44,235 nucleotides of DNA. Origin: a virus. A model generated the notes under the pieces. It ran no database searches and had not been told where the DNA came from. It worked only from the letters and a program-made list of their open reading frames with translations. A program made the position numbers and the translations under genes. How positions within the stretch are numbered: position 1 is the first letter of the stretch; every line of letters starts with the position of its first letter. Location: positions 1 to 44,235 of the IMG/VR virus record IMGVR_UViG_3300027908_000012; one strand, 5' to 3'. Below, piece by piece: positions 1 through 10,100 of the stretch.

Positions 1-99
1 AAGATTTGACGGGCCTGAATGAAAGTCAATTAACGCTAGCAGACATGAAGGCCGATCACTGGGTGCAAGCCCTCAGCGATGTAGCCAAAGCTCCACCTG
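1..99. repeat. Left copy of exact 99-bp terminal direct overlap (identical to 44137-44235)
   Basis: Compared base by base: 1-99 equals 44137-44235 with no mismatch, and the match runs to both window edges. An ORF reads through the join. This implies a circular or circularly permuted genome of 44,136 unique bp. Confidence 0.95.
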
Positions 100-1298
100 A
101 CCAACAGCCTGTTCTTTTGGAACAAGCCAAAGCAAATGCGGTACAGAAGGGATGGGCCACGCCACAGGAAGCGCAAGCGGTTACTTATCAGAATCCGCAG
201 CAACTGGATGCCCTTGTAAAGATGGCGATGGGCCACAAAGCCGCCATTGCAGCAGTCAAAACCCAAGCGGAGGCCGATGAAGCGACCAGCAAGGGACAGT
301 TAGCCCAAGCTCAGATCCCTGAAGCGCAAGCCAAAGGCGGAATAGAGCAAATCAAGCTCAACATGATGAAGGGCGGCAGCATCGCAGACGTGTCCTCCGC
401 TATTGACCAGATGGTGCCGCAGAGTGACCCAGTAAATTCTCGTTACAAGATAATGGCTCAACAAGCCATGAAGACCGGAGGGATTGAAGCAGCCTCGAAA
501 ATTGTAGACCAATTGGGCGCTTATCTTAGTTCGATTGACAAAGAAACAAATCCAAGAGTCATCGGCGCAAAAGCACAGGAAGCAGCTAACACCGCGCAAA
601 TCGGACAAAACATCACCCAAGCGAATCGGCCCTCGTTGGCATTCGATAAAGACAATCGAGCGCATTTGCTCTCGCAGGCCGATGCGGTCAAGGCAGGTTA
701 CACCGGAATTACTCAAGCGTCTGACAAGGACATTCAGGATTCGCGCACTCATAACGTTGTTTTGAACGACATGCAGACGAAGTTGAATGATGTGGTAACT
801 GCACGCAAGGCGTTGGATCAGGGAGCAGCACAGCGAGCGATTATCTCCAAGGTGCTATCTCATTCAGAGCCGGGAATGATAAACGATTTCATGAAAGCTG
901 GGGCATTGAAAGATGCCACTCAATTAACTAAAGACTACATCATAACCGTCCAATCCCTAAAGGAATCTGCGCTGGGATTGCCAAAAGAAATCACAGGGGG
1001 GGCACGTACCAGCGAAATTCAAGGCAATGCTCTCTTCCAGAATCTTCCTAGCGGCGCATCGGTTGATTCCAAATATGCCTTGGAACAAGCGCAGAAGTTT
1101 CAAGCCAACCTTGACCGTCTGCGGGATCGTGTTCCGCAGATACGTGGAATGCAGGCAACTCCCACACATCCTGATTTAGTGAGTAGCCCTTCTGGAGGGA
1201 CTAAAGATTTTAGCGTCAAAACTCCAAACGGGAAAACCTATACGTTCAAAGATCAGCAATCACTCAATAATTTCAAAGCTAAGGCGGGGATTCAGTGA
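1..1298 (+). CDS. Internal virion / DNA-ejection-like protein, 3' part of junction-spanning gene (continues from 43833-44136; about 533 aa in total)
   Basis: The frame is open from TTG 43833 across the overlap to the stop at 1298 (304+1298 nt = 534 codons). The product is Q/A/K-rich. It is one of three consecutive low-complexity proteins after the gp10-like hub, which is where P22 has ejection proteins gp7/gp20/gp16. Confidence 0.55.
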   Translation, partial: DLTGLNESQLTLADMKADHWVQALSDVAKAPPDQQPVLLEQAKANAVQKGWATPQEAQAVTYQNPQQLDALVKMAMGHKAAIAAVKTQAEADEATSKGQLAQAQIPEAQAKGGIEQIKLNMMKGGSIADVSSAIDQMVPQSDPVNSRYKIMAQQAMKTGGIEAASKIVDQLGAYLSSIDKETNPRVIGAKAQEAANTAQIGQNITQANRPSLAFDKDNRAHLLSQADAVKAGYTGITQASDKDIQDSRTHNVVLNDMQTKLNDVVTARKALDQGAAQRAIISKVLSHSEPGMINDFMKAGALKDATQLTKDYIITVQSLKESALGLPKEITGGARTSEIQGNALFQNLPSGASVDSKYALEQAQKFQANLDRLRDRVPQIRGMQATPTHPDLVSSPSGGTKDFSVKTPNGKTYTFKDQQSLNNFKAKAGIQ

Positions 1299-2728
1299 GC
1301 GCAGGTCCACAAATCGACTATGACGCGCTCGCTGCCCAACACGGTGGTACCGCAACCGTGGATTATGACGCTTTAGCTGCCCAGCATGGCGGGACAGCGC
1401 AAGAGGATACTTCTTCCCAAGCTGAACTTCCTGCGGTTCCGCGCCCAAGTTTTAGCGATTACGTGAACACATTTGGCAGTGAATTAAAGGGCATGGGTAA
1501 ATCGGCGCTTCAGCCTGTCGCACTTATTTCTAAGGGACTCAACAAAATTCCCGGTATCGGGGAAACTCTCGCGCCATCTAGCGGAGTTCAGGCATTTGAC
1601 CAAGGAATCCAGCCGCAAGGTATGGCGGAAAAGGTCGGGGCTGGTGTGGAAACTGCCGCAGAAATGGCCCTTGGAGAGGGGGCAATTAAAAATGCGTTAC
1701 TGAAGATTCCAGCCCTCGCGAAGTATGCCCCATTTGTGCGGATTATTTCTTCCGCTGGCGGGTCAGCAGCTCCCGCTGTGGCACGCGGAGAGAACCCTAC
1801 GGTTCCAGCGGCTATAGGGGCAGCGACGGCTGGTGCTAGCGAAGCTGTGCCGGGGCTTTCGGACTTCCTGAAGAAATCCGCAGCTAAAAACTACGAAGAT
1901 GTGCTCAACCCCACTAAGCAGGGCACGAAATTCCAGACGCAGAAAATCATGCCGCAATTGCTACAAGAGCGCCCGATAGCGGCTAGTCGCCAAGGATTGC
2001 AAACAAAGGCTGAAGGTATGGCCGACCAATACGGCCAACAGATTGAGCAACAGGTCCAATCTTTACAGGGAAACATGCGAGCACAACCTGTGCTCGATTC
2101 ATTGGACAAATTAAGGAATAAGTTTGTGGTTAATGGAGTGAATCTACGTCCTGAAGTTAGCTCCGCAATTGACACGGCACAAGATCAAATGAAGCAAATG
2201 GCACAGGGTGGACAGTTGTCCTTTCAAGATGCGGTTGCAGCTCGCCGCGTTCTCGACAACGCCGTGGCTGAATCGAAGGGTTGGGGTGGGTACAACATCT
2301 CCGATGCCAGCCTGACGAATGTACGCAAGGAATTTTCTAATTCTCTCCGAAATGAAATCAGCAAGGCCAATCCCGATTTAGCGGCCCTCAATGCCAAGTT
2401 TAGTTTCTGGAAGAATCTCAGCGACGTAATGGATGCAACAATTCAGAGAAAAACAGGACAGGTCGGTGCGTTCTCGAAGCTGCAAACCGTGGTTGCTGCT
2501 GGAGCGGGCATGGCTTCAGGAGGAGTCGAGGGCGCTGTGGAAGCTGGCGCGGCGATGAAAGTCTTGAACAATACGATCAATTCAACTGGCTGGAATACGG
2601 TCTCAGGAGCTACCAAAAGCGCGATTGCTGATGCACTTTCAGCGGGTAAATTTAAGAACGTGATTTCACTGCTCGGGAAGGCAGGCGCGGCAGCTTCAGT
2701 GCAATCTTCCGCGAATCCGACGCCATGA
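1295..2728 (+). CDS. Internal virion / ejection-like protein (477 aa, Ala/Gly-rich)
   Basis: The GTG start forms a GTGA overlap with the upstream stop. The N-terminus has a tandem DYDALAAQHGGTA repeat. Its position matches the ejection-protein block of P22-like phages. Function is inferred from position only. Confidence 0.55.
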   Translation: MSAGPQIDYDALAAQHGGTATVDYDALAAQHGGTAQEDTSSQAELPAVPRPSFSDYVNTFGSELKGMGKSALQPVALISKGLNKIPGIGETLAPSSGVQAFDQGIQPQGMAEKVGAGVETAAEMALGEGAIKNALLKIPALAKYAPFVRIISSAGGSAAPAVARGENPTVPAAIGAATAGASEAVPGLSDFLKKSAAKNYEDVLNPTKQGTKFQTQKIMPQLLQERPIAASRQGLQTKAEGMADQYGQQIEQQVQSLQGNMRAQPVLDSLDKLRNKFVVNGVNLRPEVSSAIDTAQDQMKQMAQGGQLSFQDAVAARRVLDNAVAESKGWGGYNISDASLTNVRKEFSNSLRNEISKANPDLAALNAKFSFWKNLSDVMDATIQRKTGQVGAFSKLQTVVAAGAGMASGGVEGAVEAGAAMKVLNNTINSTGWNTVSGATKSAIADALSAGKFKNVISLLGKAGAAASVQSSANPTP

Positions 2729-4080
2729 TAACCATTCTCCAATTTTTACGATCAGGAAAAAACCAGCGCATAGAACAAGCGTGGCCACAAAGATGTGAAG
2801 CGCGGAGACGCCAAGTGCCAAGAGCAGCAACACAACGCCAAGGACAAACCAAGTCATTTGCACTGACTCTATGCCTGAAAACGATGGGCTGTCTACTGTT
2901 ACTTAGTATGATTTTTGCGCTATCTGCCAATGCGCAAGTCTCGCCCTACCCGTTTATGCGCCCGCAATTCCTTGATAACAATGGGAAACCGCTGGCTGGA
3001 GGGAAACTCTTTACCTATCAGGCTGGTACAAGCGTCCAGCAGACCACTAATTGTGATGCGCTCGGCTCGGTACTCAATCAAAACCCTGTTTTACTTGATG
3101 CTGGAGGTAGGCCCAGCGGATCGGCAGGCTCAAGCAGCTGCGGAATCTTCCTTGGAGCCAATGCCTACAGATTCGTGCTGCAAAACTCGCTAGGTTCTCA
3201 GATATGGTCCATCGACAACATTACGGCTGGAAATTTGTCACTATTATCCTCAGCGAATACCTGGACTGGAGTAAATCAGTGGAATAACAGTTCAATCTTT
3301 AACGGCCCAACCAATTTCAATGTCGGATTTACCAGCACTGGCCCCAATTTCCTCGCTGGCGGTGGGAGTCTTACAGGTACTTGGGCTGGCGGACCTGTCT
3401 TCTCGGGCTCGCCAAACTTCTCTGGCGGGTTTATTGCTACGACCGGCTCGTTTTCAGGGCAGATCACCAGTACGGTAATTGCAGGAACAGCTCCATTCGT
3501 AGTCGCCAGCAACACCATGGTGGCCGCGCTTAACTCCAATTTCTTGGAAGGCTGTGACTGGGCCTCTCCCTGTCCTATCGGAACGACTGCGCCTAATACT
3601 GGAATATTTACCACCTTGACCGCTAACACCAGTTTTACACTTAACGGCGGAACAACACAGATAGGGACTCAAGGAAATGGCACCAAACTGCTCACGGCGA
3701 GCACGGTAACGGGTAACTCCAAATTTCTCTGTACCGACAATGTGGGCGGCGGATCGGCAACCACAGCAAATTGCCCTTCTATCCCGGTAAACGTCCAGAA
3801 CTTCACCTTCTGCGCTTCGGGCTGCAACATCGCTGGCACGCCTTGCTCCACCAGCGGAGCGTCTTATGCGAAGTGCTCCACCACGATTAATTTGCCAGCA
3901 CCATACACGGACGCTAACTATGCCGCGGTCTGCCAAGGCGTAACTTCAACCCAGTTTCCATACATCGACAGCATTTCTAAGACTTCTAGCTCCATAACGG
4001 TAGTGACCGCCAACGGCACATCAAATGGTGCAATGGTTTCTACGTGGGCCGAGATAGATTGCGTCACTTCGCACAATTGA
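2725..4080 (+). CDS. Tail fibre protein (alternative start ATG 2884)
   Basis: ATG 2725 forms an ATGA overlap with the upstream stop. Internal ATG 2884 would give the N-terminus MGCLLLLSMIFALSANA/QV. Directly after that comes FLDNNGKPLAGGKLFTYQAGT, a motif I recognise from phage fibre/tailspike N-terminal anchor domains. Later there is APFVVASNTMVAALNSNFLEG, also fibre-typical. Confidence 0.7.
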   Translation: MITILQFLRSGKNQRIEQAWPQRCEARRRQVPRAATQRQGQTKSFALTLCLKTMGCLLLLSMIFALSANAQVSPYPFMRPQFLDNNGKPLAGGKLFTYQAGTSVQQTTNCDALGSVLNQNPVLLDAGGRPSGSAGSSSCGIFLGANAYRFVLQNSLGSQIWSIDNITAGNLSLLSSANTWTGVNQWNNSSIFNGPTNFNVGFTSTGPNFLAGGGSLTGTWAGGPVFSGSPNFSGGFIATTGSFSGQITSTVIAGTAPFVVASNTMVAALNSNFLEGCDWASPCPIGTTAPNTGIFTTLTANTSFTLNGGTTQIGTQGNGTKLLTASTVTGNSKFLCTDNVGGGSATTANCPSIPVNVQNFTFCASGCNIAGTPCSTSGASYAKCSTTINLPAPYTDANYAAVCQGVTSTQFPYIDSISKTSSSITVVTANGTSNGAMVSTWAEIDCVTSHN

Positions 4081-4087
4081 GGATTTG

Positions 4088-4213
4088 ATGAGAAGAATCG
4101 GCGTGAGGGTTAATCCAAACGGGTTTTTCTATATGTTTCGCTGGTGGCCTTCGCCACTGAAGTACGATGGCGAGGTTTTTAGCTATTCATGGTTAGGATT
4201 TTGGTGGGGATAA
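4088..4213 (+). CDS. Possible 41-aa Trp-rich micro-ORF
   Basis: The ATG is preceded by GAGGA with a 4-nt spacer, and the ORF fills the 138-nt gap between fibre genes. It is below the ORF-track cutoff and has no recognisable homology. Confidence 0.2.
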   Translation: MRRIGVRVNPNGFFYMFRWWPSPLKYDGEVFSYSWLGFWWG

Positions 4214-4218
4214 ATGGA

Positions 4219-6450
4219 ATGAAACGACTGCTCTTATTGCTTTTGCTGGCCTCTCCCGCTTACGCGCAGAACGTAGCGGAGATGTTGGCAGGCACCAATC
4301 CTCAAACGGGCACCACTTATACCTTTGCGTCAACAGATGTGGTTTTCCTCACCACGTTCAACAATACCGGGGCGGTTTCTGTCACTTTGCCACCAGCGAG
4401 TACCCCCGGCTTCGGCTCAGGGCAGCGATTCCTAGCTAAGAATATCGGCACCGGTAACGTAACCATCACTTCCACTTCCACCATCAACAGCGCGGGCAAT
4501 TCCGTTCTGCTCACTACCGGCCAGAACGTCACTTTTATCAGCGATGGCATGAATTACACGACTACCGGGGGCGGGGGAAGCAGTTCCAGCGGCGGCGGCA
4601 ATGCTTCTTCTTTGAACGTCATCCCCAAAGGCACCGGGCCGGGGCTTCCGCTAGTTGATTCCACCTGCTCAGATGACGGTATTAACCCTTTTCGTTGTTC
4701 GCATGGATTCAACGCTGCCGGTGCCGGAATTGTGGCTGAACGCGCCAACAACGCCTCGACAGGTACAACTCTGAATCGGGCAGTCTGCAACGATGGCACC
4801 GGACTGGCGGTTATTTGCGCCAACAATGCCACTACCGGGATTCTAGGGTTTGCGCAAGCTGGAGCAGGAACTACTGGAAACGTTCTTATCTGCAAGCTCA
4901 TCACCTGTGCGGCGACTTTCGACAATCAGTCTGTAGTAAACGATTACGCGATTCTATCCACTAGCGGCCAATTGCACGACACGGGAAGCACTGCAATCAC
5001 TCCCGGCAACACCAATTTTCTGGTTATCGGCCCGGCCAATGCTGGACCGGGAACGGTTGGATACGTCTCGCCTCCCGGAGATTTAACCGGTGGCTCGGTA
5101 GCAAGCACTCCCGGCTTCGCCAATCCCATGACCATTTCTGGCGACACGATGTATGGAGCTGCTCTTGGCGCTGCTACGCGACTGGCAGGACCGACTTCTC
5201 CCAACAGTGTGCCCCAGGTCTACACAGAAACGCCTTCCGGTGGTGTAGCGCAACCTCCCGCATGGCAGCCTGTTGGAGTCATTCCCAGATTCGTTGCTGG
5301 CACCACTGACACGATTCTAAGCACTGACCGCGCCAACTTTGTCCAATACAAGAACGCTTCTCCTGTAGCCGTCACGGTTCCCCAAGCAGGTTCAGCCGGA
5401 TTTGCCAATAATTTCATGTTCTGCGCGGAGAATAGAGGAACCGGAACGGTTACGTTCACGCCTACGACTTCCACGGTCAACAGCGGTACTAATTATCAAT
5501 TGGCGATCAACAGCAGCGCCTGTTTCATCAGCGACAATTCCAACTATGTGACCAAAGATCAAGCGCCTGCCGCGGCGGGAACCGTCACCGTCACCGGAAC
5601 ACCAGCAGCCGGGAATCTTCCAGTGTTTTCCGGTCCTTCTTCCATCACCAATGGAAACATTTCAGGAGATTGCACGACTTCAGCAACTCTGGCGATTATC
5701 TGCCTAAAAACAAATGGGGTCTCTTTCGCTGCGAGTGCCACTACCGACACCACTAATGGAGCAAATATCGCTTCGGGCACGGTAGCCAAGGCTCGCCTGC
5801 CTGCAACCATCGTTTACACCGACGCTTCAGCCACTTTCGGCGCGAATACTTACGACTTCTCCGGTGTCACGCTGATGAAGGCTCGCGTGGGGGCAGGACT
5901 CACAACTTCTGCGAACGGTGATCACGGCTACGACACCACCAATAAAAACTGGCACGTCTGGGATAATGCGGCTGACAAATTGATGGGAGTGTGGGGTGCC
6001 ACGCCTACCGATCAGGACTGCGTGAAAGCGAGTGTTTCTTCTGGAACGGTTACGCTCTCCGATGCCGGTTTCCTGTGCGGGGGCGCTACTTCCAAGCATG
6101 GGCTATCGTTCGCCATCGGAGACCCAGGTGGCTCAACTCTCACAGCCGCTTCAACCACCACTGATTACATCACCGTGCCATTCGCCTGCACGATTACTTC
6201 TTACAACTTGGTCATTGATGCGGGAACGATCACCGTAAAGTTCTGGAAAGTAGCCACCGGAACGGCGATTCCCACCAGCGGAAACTCCATCTCCACCAGC
6301 GGAGTGAGCATCGCTTCAGGCACGGCGATTCACAGCACCACGCTATCGGACTTCACCACTACAACCATATCGGCCTATGACATTTTAGCGATGAACGTGA
6401 CTGCGGTTGCCACGGCCAAGTTTGTCAACGGGGTGCTGGAGTGCAATTGA
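4219..6450 (+). CDS. Tail fibre/spike-like protein with N-terminal signal-peptide-like segment (744 aa)
   Basis: ATG 4219 gives MKRLLLLLLLASPAYA/QNV. The protein is Thr/Ser/Gly/Asn-rich and looks beta-rich. It has an internal duplicated domain of about 85 aa (nt 4309-4563 and 5299-5553). It lies in the fibre cluster. Confidence 0.7.
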   Translation: MKRLLLLLLLASPAYAQNVAEMLAGTNPQTGTTYTFASTDVVFLTTFNNTGAVSVTLPPASTPGFGSGQRFLAKNIGTGNVTITSTSTINSAGNSVLLTTGQNVTFISDGMNYTTTGGGGSSSSGGGNASSLNVIPKGTGPGLPLVDSTCSDDGINPFRCSHGFNAAGAGIVAERANNASTGTTLNRAVCNDGTGLAVICANNATTGILGFAQAGAGTTGNVLICKLITCAATFDNQSVVNDYAILSTSGQLHDTGSTAITPGNTNFLVIGPANAGPGTVGYVSPPGDLTGGSVASTPGFANPMTISGDTMYGAALGAATRLAGPTSPNSVPQVYTETPSGGVAQPPAWQPVGVIPRFVAGTTDTILSTDRANFVQYKNASPVAVTVPQAGSAGFANNFMFCAENRGTGTVTFTPTTSTVNSGTNYQLAINSSACFISDNSNYVTKDQAPAAAGTVTVTGTPAAGNLPVFSGPSSITNGNISGDCTTSATLAIICLKTNGVSFAASATTDTTNGANIASGTVAKARLPATIVYTDASATFGANTYDFSGVTLMKARVGAGLTTSANGDHGYDTTNKNWHVWDNAADKLMGVWGATPTDQDCVKASVSSGTVTLSDAGFLCGGATSKHGLSFAIGDPGGSTLTAASTTTDYITVPFACTITSYNLVIDAGTITVKFWKVATGTAIPTSGNSISTSGVSIASGTAIHSTTLSDFTTTTISAYDILAMNVTAVATAKFVNGVLECN

Positions 6451-7193
6451 GAATCCTTCTGCCTGCGATTCTATTCTTGTGCTGGCCCAGTGGTTCCAAG
6501 GCTGCCCCGATTCAGTCATGCAATATCGCCTTCTTCTCTTCAGGTACCGTGCAATGCACCCTTAATGGCGTAGGCTCAAATCACGCTTTGATTCTCTCTG
6601 TCGTAACCTTCAGCTCGGCCTGCGATACCACCATTATCAGCGATACCTTTGGTTTCTCTTGGGGATCAGCAGAAGTTACTCATCAATGCACGCCGTTCTC
6701 AGGGAACCAGCTAACAATAAATATCTATTGCGCTAGAACTCAAGGCAGTAGCGGCAATGATACTTTCACGGAGACTGCAAGCGGAGCAGGCGGCTACCTA
6801 ATTGTCACAGAATATCCTAATGTGCTCGGGAGCGGTCTTACCTGTACCCCAGACGGATTCAACAGTGCTGGCAACACCACGGCTGGCCCAATCACGGAAG
6901 GCAGCATCACCACCACCAACGCCACGGATTTATTGATCGCTACCGGTTGGTATGTCGGGACGGCGAACGCTGGGTTGACTACTCCGGCCAGTTACACGCA
7001 GGAAGTCTATTACAACACCTGTTCAGGGTGCTCCAATCAGGTAGCACATATGTTTTCCGACCGCTCTCCCGGCAGCACCGGAACCTTTTCCCCGACATTC
7101 ACAATGGCGACTACCGGCACATGGCTGGGAATACAGGTGGCATTTACGCCCGCCAATCCTCCACCAGCGAAACATCGCTCGTCAATATTATGA
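6441..7193 (+). CDS. Secreted-type fibre-cluster protein with lectin/jelly-roll-like pattern (250 aa)
   Basis: The start (GTG 6441 or TTG 6447) overlaps the upstream stop. The N-terminus is (MQL)RILLPAILFLCWPSGSKA/AP. It shows weak paralogy to the C-terminal half of ORF 39845-41110. Confidence 0.6.
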   Translation: MQLRILLPAILFLCWPSGSKAAPIQSCNIAFFSSGTVQCTLNGVGSNHALILSVVTFSSACDTTIISDTFGFSWGSAEVTHQCTPFSGNQLTINIYCARTQGSSGNDTFTETASGAGGYLIVTEYPNVLGSGLTCTPDGFNSAGNTTAGPITEGSITTTNATDLLIATGWYVGTANAGLTTPASYTQEVYYNTCSGCSNQVAHMFSDRSPGSTGTFSPTFTMATTGTWLGIQVAFTPANPPPAKHRSSIL

Positions 7194-10100
7194 AGAAAAT
7201 CTTAATCATCTTCGGACTGTTAACCCTGTGGGGCGCGAAAGCGCAAGCCGCTGACATTTATTTCGCGCAAACATCGGCGGGAGGAAATACTGGAGCAAAC
7301 TGCGCCAACGCTCGCGCCCTCTCGACTCACGTCATTGGCGATGATGTGCCGGGAAACACCTCTCATCTCTGTGGAACGATCACTATCGCCGCTGGTGGAA
7401 CGGCCTTTACCTTCCTCGCCAGCGGCTCGGTCGGGAATCCCATCACTCTGAAATTTGAAACCGGAGCCAATCTGACCTCTCCAGCATGGTCTGGCTATAC
7501 CGGAGCCATCAACACCAACGGGCAAAGCAATGTGCTCATCGACGGAGGAACGACTTGCGGCTGGGTCAATAACGCTCAAGTCGCTTGCAACGGCGTCATT
7601 CATAACACTTCCGCGGGAACCAACTTTACGACGCCCTCAGGCCCGAACAATACCAATTGCAGCGGTGAAGCGGCGTTTTGCAGCGTAGGAATCTTGGCGG
7701 TAGGTGGAACCGGCATTGAAATTCGTAACCTGACCATCAAGAATCTTTACGTTCGGACTTCCTCGAGCGATCCTACCGCCGTCAATACCGGAGGGGTAGC
7801 GGGAATCACCGGGTACAGTTCAACCGGCATCCACGCTCACCACCTGATTCTCACCGATATGGGCTGGTGCATCCATGACGGAGAGACTGGAGACAATCCC
7901 GAATTTGACCATATCTATTATGCCAATATGGACCATGGCATCGCGGGAGGCAGCTTCAATCGGGCCATCACCGGCTACCTCTACCACGACAGCTTTGTCG
8001 GCTCGATGAAGAATTGGGACTCCAACAGCAATACCAATGTTCCCAATCACCATGATGGGTTTCATATCTGGGCGGCAGGAGGGACAGCTTCCCCGCAAAT
8101 CATCAATGCCTCGATTTACAACAATACCTTCAGCGCCGATCCGGGCCTGTTTGGATTTGGCTTCAACGCCTTTCTGTACATCGAAAGCTCCACGCAAAAT
8201 CTGCACGTATTCAACAACGTTTTCATTGGGGACCCGACCAATGTCGATTATGGCCGGATGCTGTGGCTGTTCGTAAATGCCTGCAACAACAATGTGGTTC
8301 CAGCGGTCTGCACCAATTCCACCGGCGCAGTCATCGTCAACAACACCCTGATCTATGCTTCAGGGACGTTTAACCTTCAGGCTTTCAGCCCCAACAGCGG
8401 CAGCCTGTATGAGAACAACGTCTTCTCCAATGCCAACACCTTTGTCAGTCTTACGCCTTCCACGACTCCGACCATAGACCACAACTATTATGAATTGGCT
8501 ATCGCCGGGCCAAATTCTTCCTGGAACTGGAATGGTGTCACGACGAACAGCTTCTCGGCGTGGCAAGGAACGGGCTCGGATACGCACGGCTTCTACAGCG
8601 CCTCTACAGGCTTCGTGAATAGCGATGGAACGCTGAAAGTCAATTCCCCGGCTATAAATCTGGGAGCTAATCTTACCTCACTGGGCATTACGGCTCTAAA
8701 CTCCGACAGAAACGGCAATCCCCGGCCTGCTACCGGTCCTTGGACTTCCGGGGCTATCAACTTTGGCACTGCCCCGCCAACGCCGGGGCTCTCGATTAGC
8801 TCTCCACCATCCTTCGGCTCGGTAAATGTTGGTTCCAGCAGCTCGCCAATAACTCTGACCGTGACGAGCAACGGAACTGCGACCGCTACGCTCGGTAATC
8901 CGATTGCCACTTTCAGCGACCCTGAATTTGCCCTGACTGGAGGAACTTGCAGTATCAATGAATCTTTGCCGTCAGGCTCAACTTGTACGCTAATCATTGT
9001 TTTTACGCCCACTTCTGCCGGCGTCAAGAACGCGACCGTTACGGTAGGGGCCAATGCTACAGCCTCAGCGGGACTTTCTGGCACCGGTTCGGCGGGAACC
9101 GCTTCCATGAGCGTTGCGCCGACAAGCTGGAACTTCGGCAACGTGACTCAAGGAACAGCCAGCACGGTTGAGACTTTCCTCATCACCAATACTGGCTCAA
9201 CCAGCATCACCATGTCCAGCCCGGTAACTACTTTCTCAGGCACCAACGCGGGAGACTTTTCGCTCTCGGGCACGCCCGCGAATAATTGCACTTCTGGCCT
9301 GATTCTCGCTCCCGGTGGAACTTGCCAGAAATCCATTATCGTTACGCCCTCCATCATTGGTGCTGAATCGGCTACAGCGACATTCTCGGCCACGACAGCA
9401 AGCACGTCAGCGAGTTTGACCGCCACTGGTACACCAGTCTCCAATCCCAGCCTGCTCGTCACACCCCGACCGCTAATTTTATCCAGCACCATTCAAGGGC
9501 AGACCAGCCCCACTGTTACAGGAACTGTTACAAACAACGGTAACGTCTCGGTAACATTAGGAAGCACCCCCATAACGATCAGCGGTACCTTGGCCGCGGA
9601 CTTCTCGCTTAGTTCCAATGCCTGCACGCCAGCTTTGGTGTTGATAGTCGGCGGTACTTGCACCTTCAACGTCAGCGCGGTGCCCTCAGGCATAACTTTG
9701 GAGCAAGTCAACCTGACTGCTACGGCTACGAATACCACCAACACCGTGGCTTTGCAGATTCAGGGCTTGCCGATCGCTCCTATCCCCGCTCCGTCTCCGG
9801 CTTTAATCATTTCCACCCAGATAGACCTGTTCCCCATGCCCAAAGTAACCATCACAGGTCAGAATTTCGTGGTTGGCAAAACGCAAATTACGATAGATGG
9901 AACACCGCAGGCTACGGTCTGCTCTGCGACTAGCTGCACGACGCAATCAGCGTCTTGGGGGTTACTTCCCCGGTTTTGGGGTAATTTCTCACGCTATTGG
10001 TGTCAAATGACGGCGGCTCTGGCGTGCGGCTCAATTCATGCCATTCCTGCCGCAACACCTCGTAAGGCACCAGACCGCCATCAAGCCAGATATATTCAAT

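Noticed and set aside
1-99. The 99-bp terminal repeat as a genuine T7-like direct terminal repeat or cos end
   Set aside because: A protein-coding frame reads straight through the join, and the repeat coincides exactly with the window ends. An assembly overlap on a circular or permuted genome is the simpler explanation, although read data could overturn this.
6947-7189. N-terminal extension of the spike ORF (track start 6947)
   Set aside because: It lies wholly inside gene 6441-7193 in another frame. ATG 7190 is ATGA-coupled and yields a clean signal peptide.
8593-9744. Series of minus-strand ORFs (182, 114 and 83 aa) inside the spike gene, with similar ones inside the other fibre genes (for example 3276-3936, 4317-5810, 36652-37107 and 40424-40933)
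   Set aside because: These are shadow frames of Thr/Ser/Gly/Asn-rich genes. They have no RBS, and the sense frames carry clear domain repeats.
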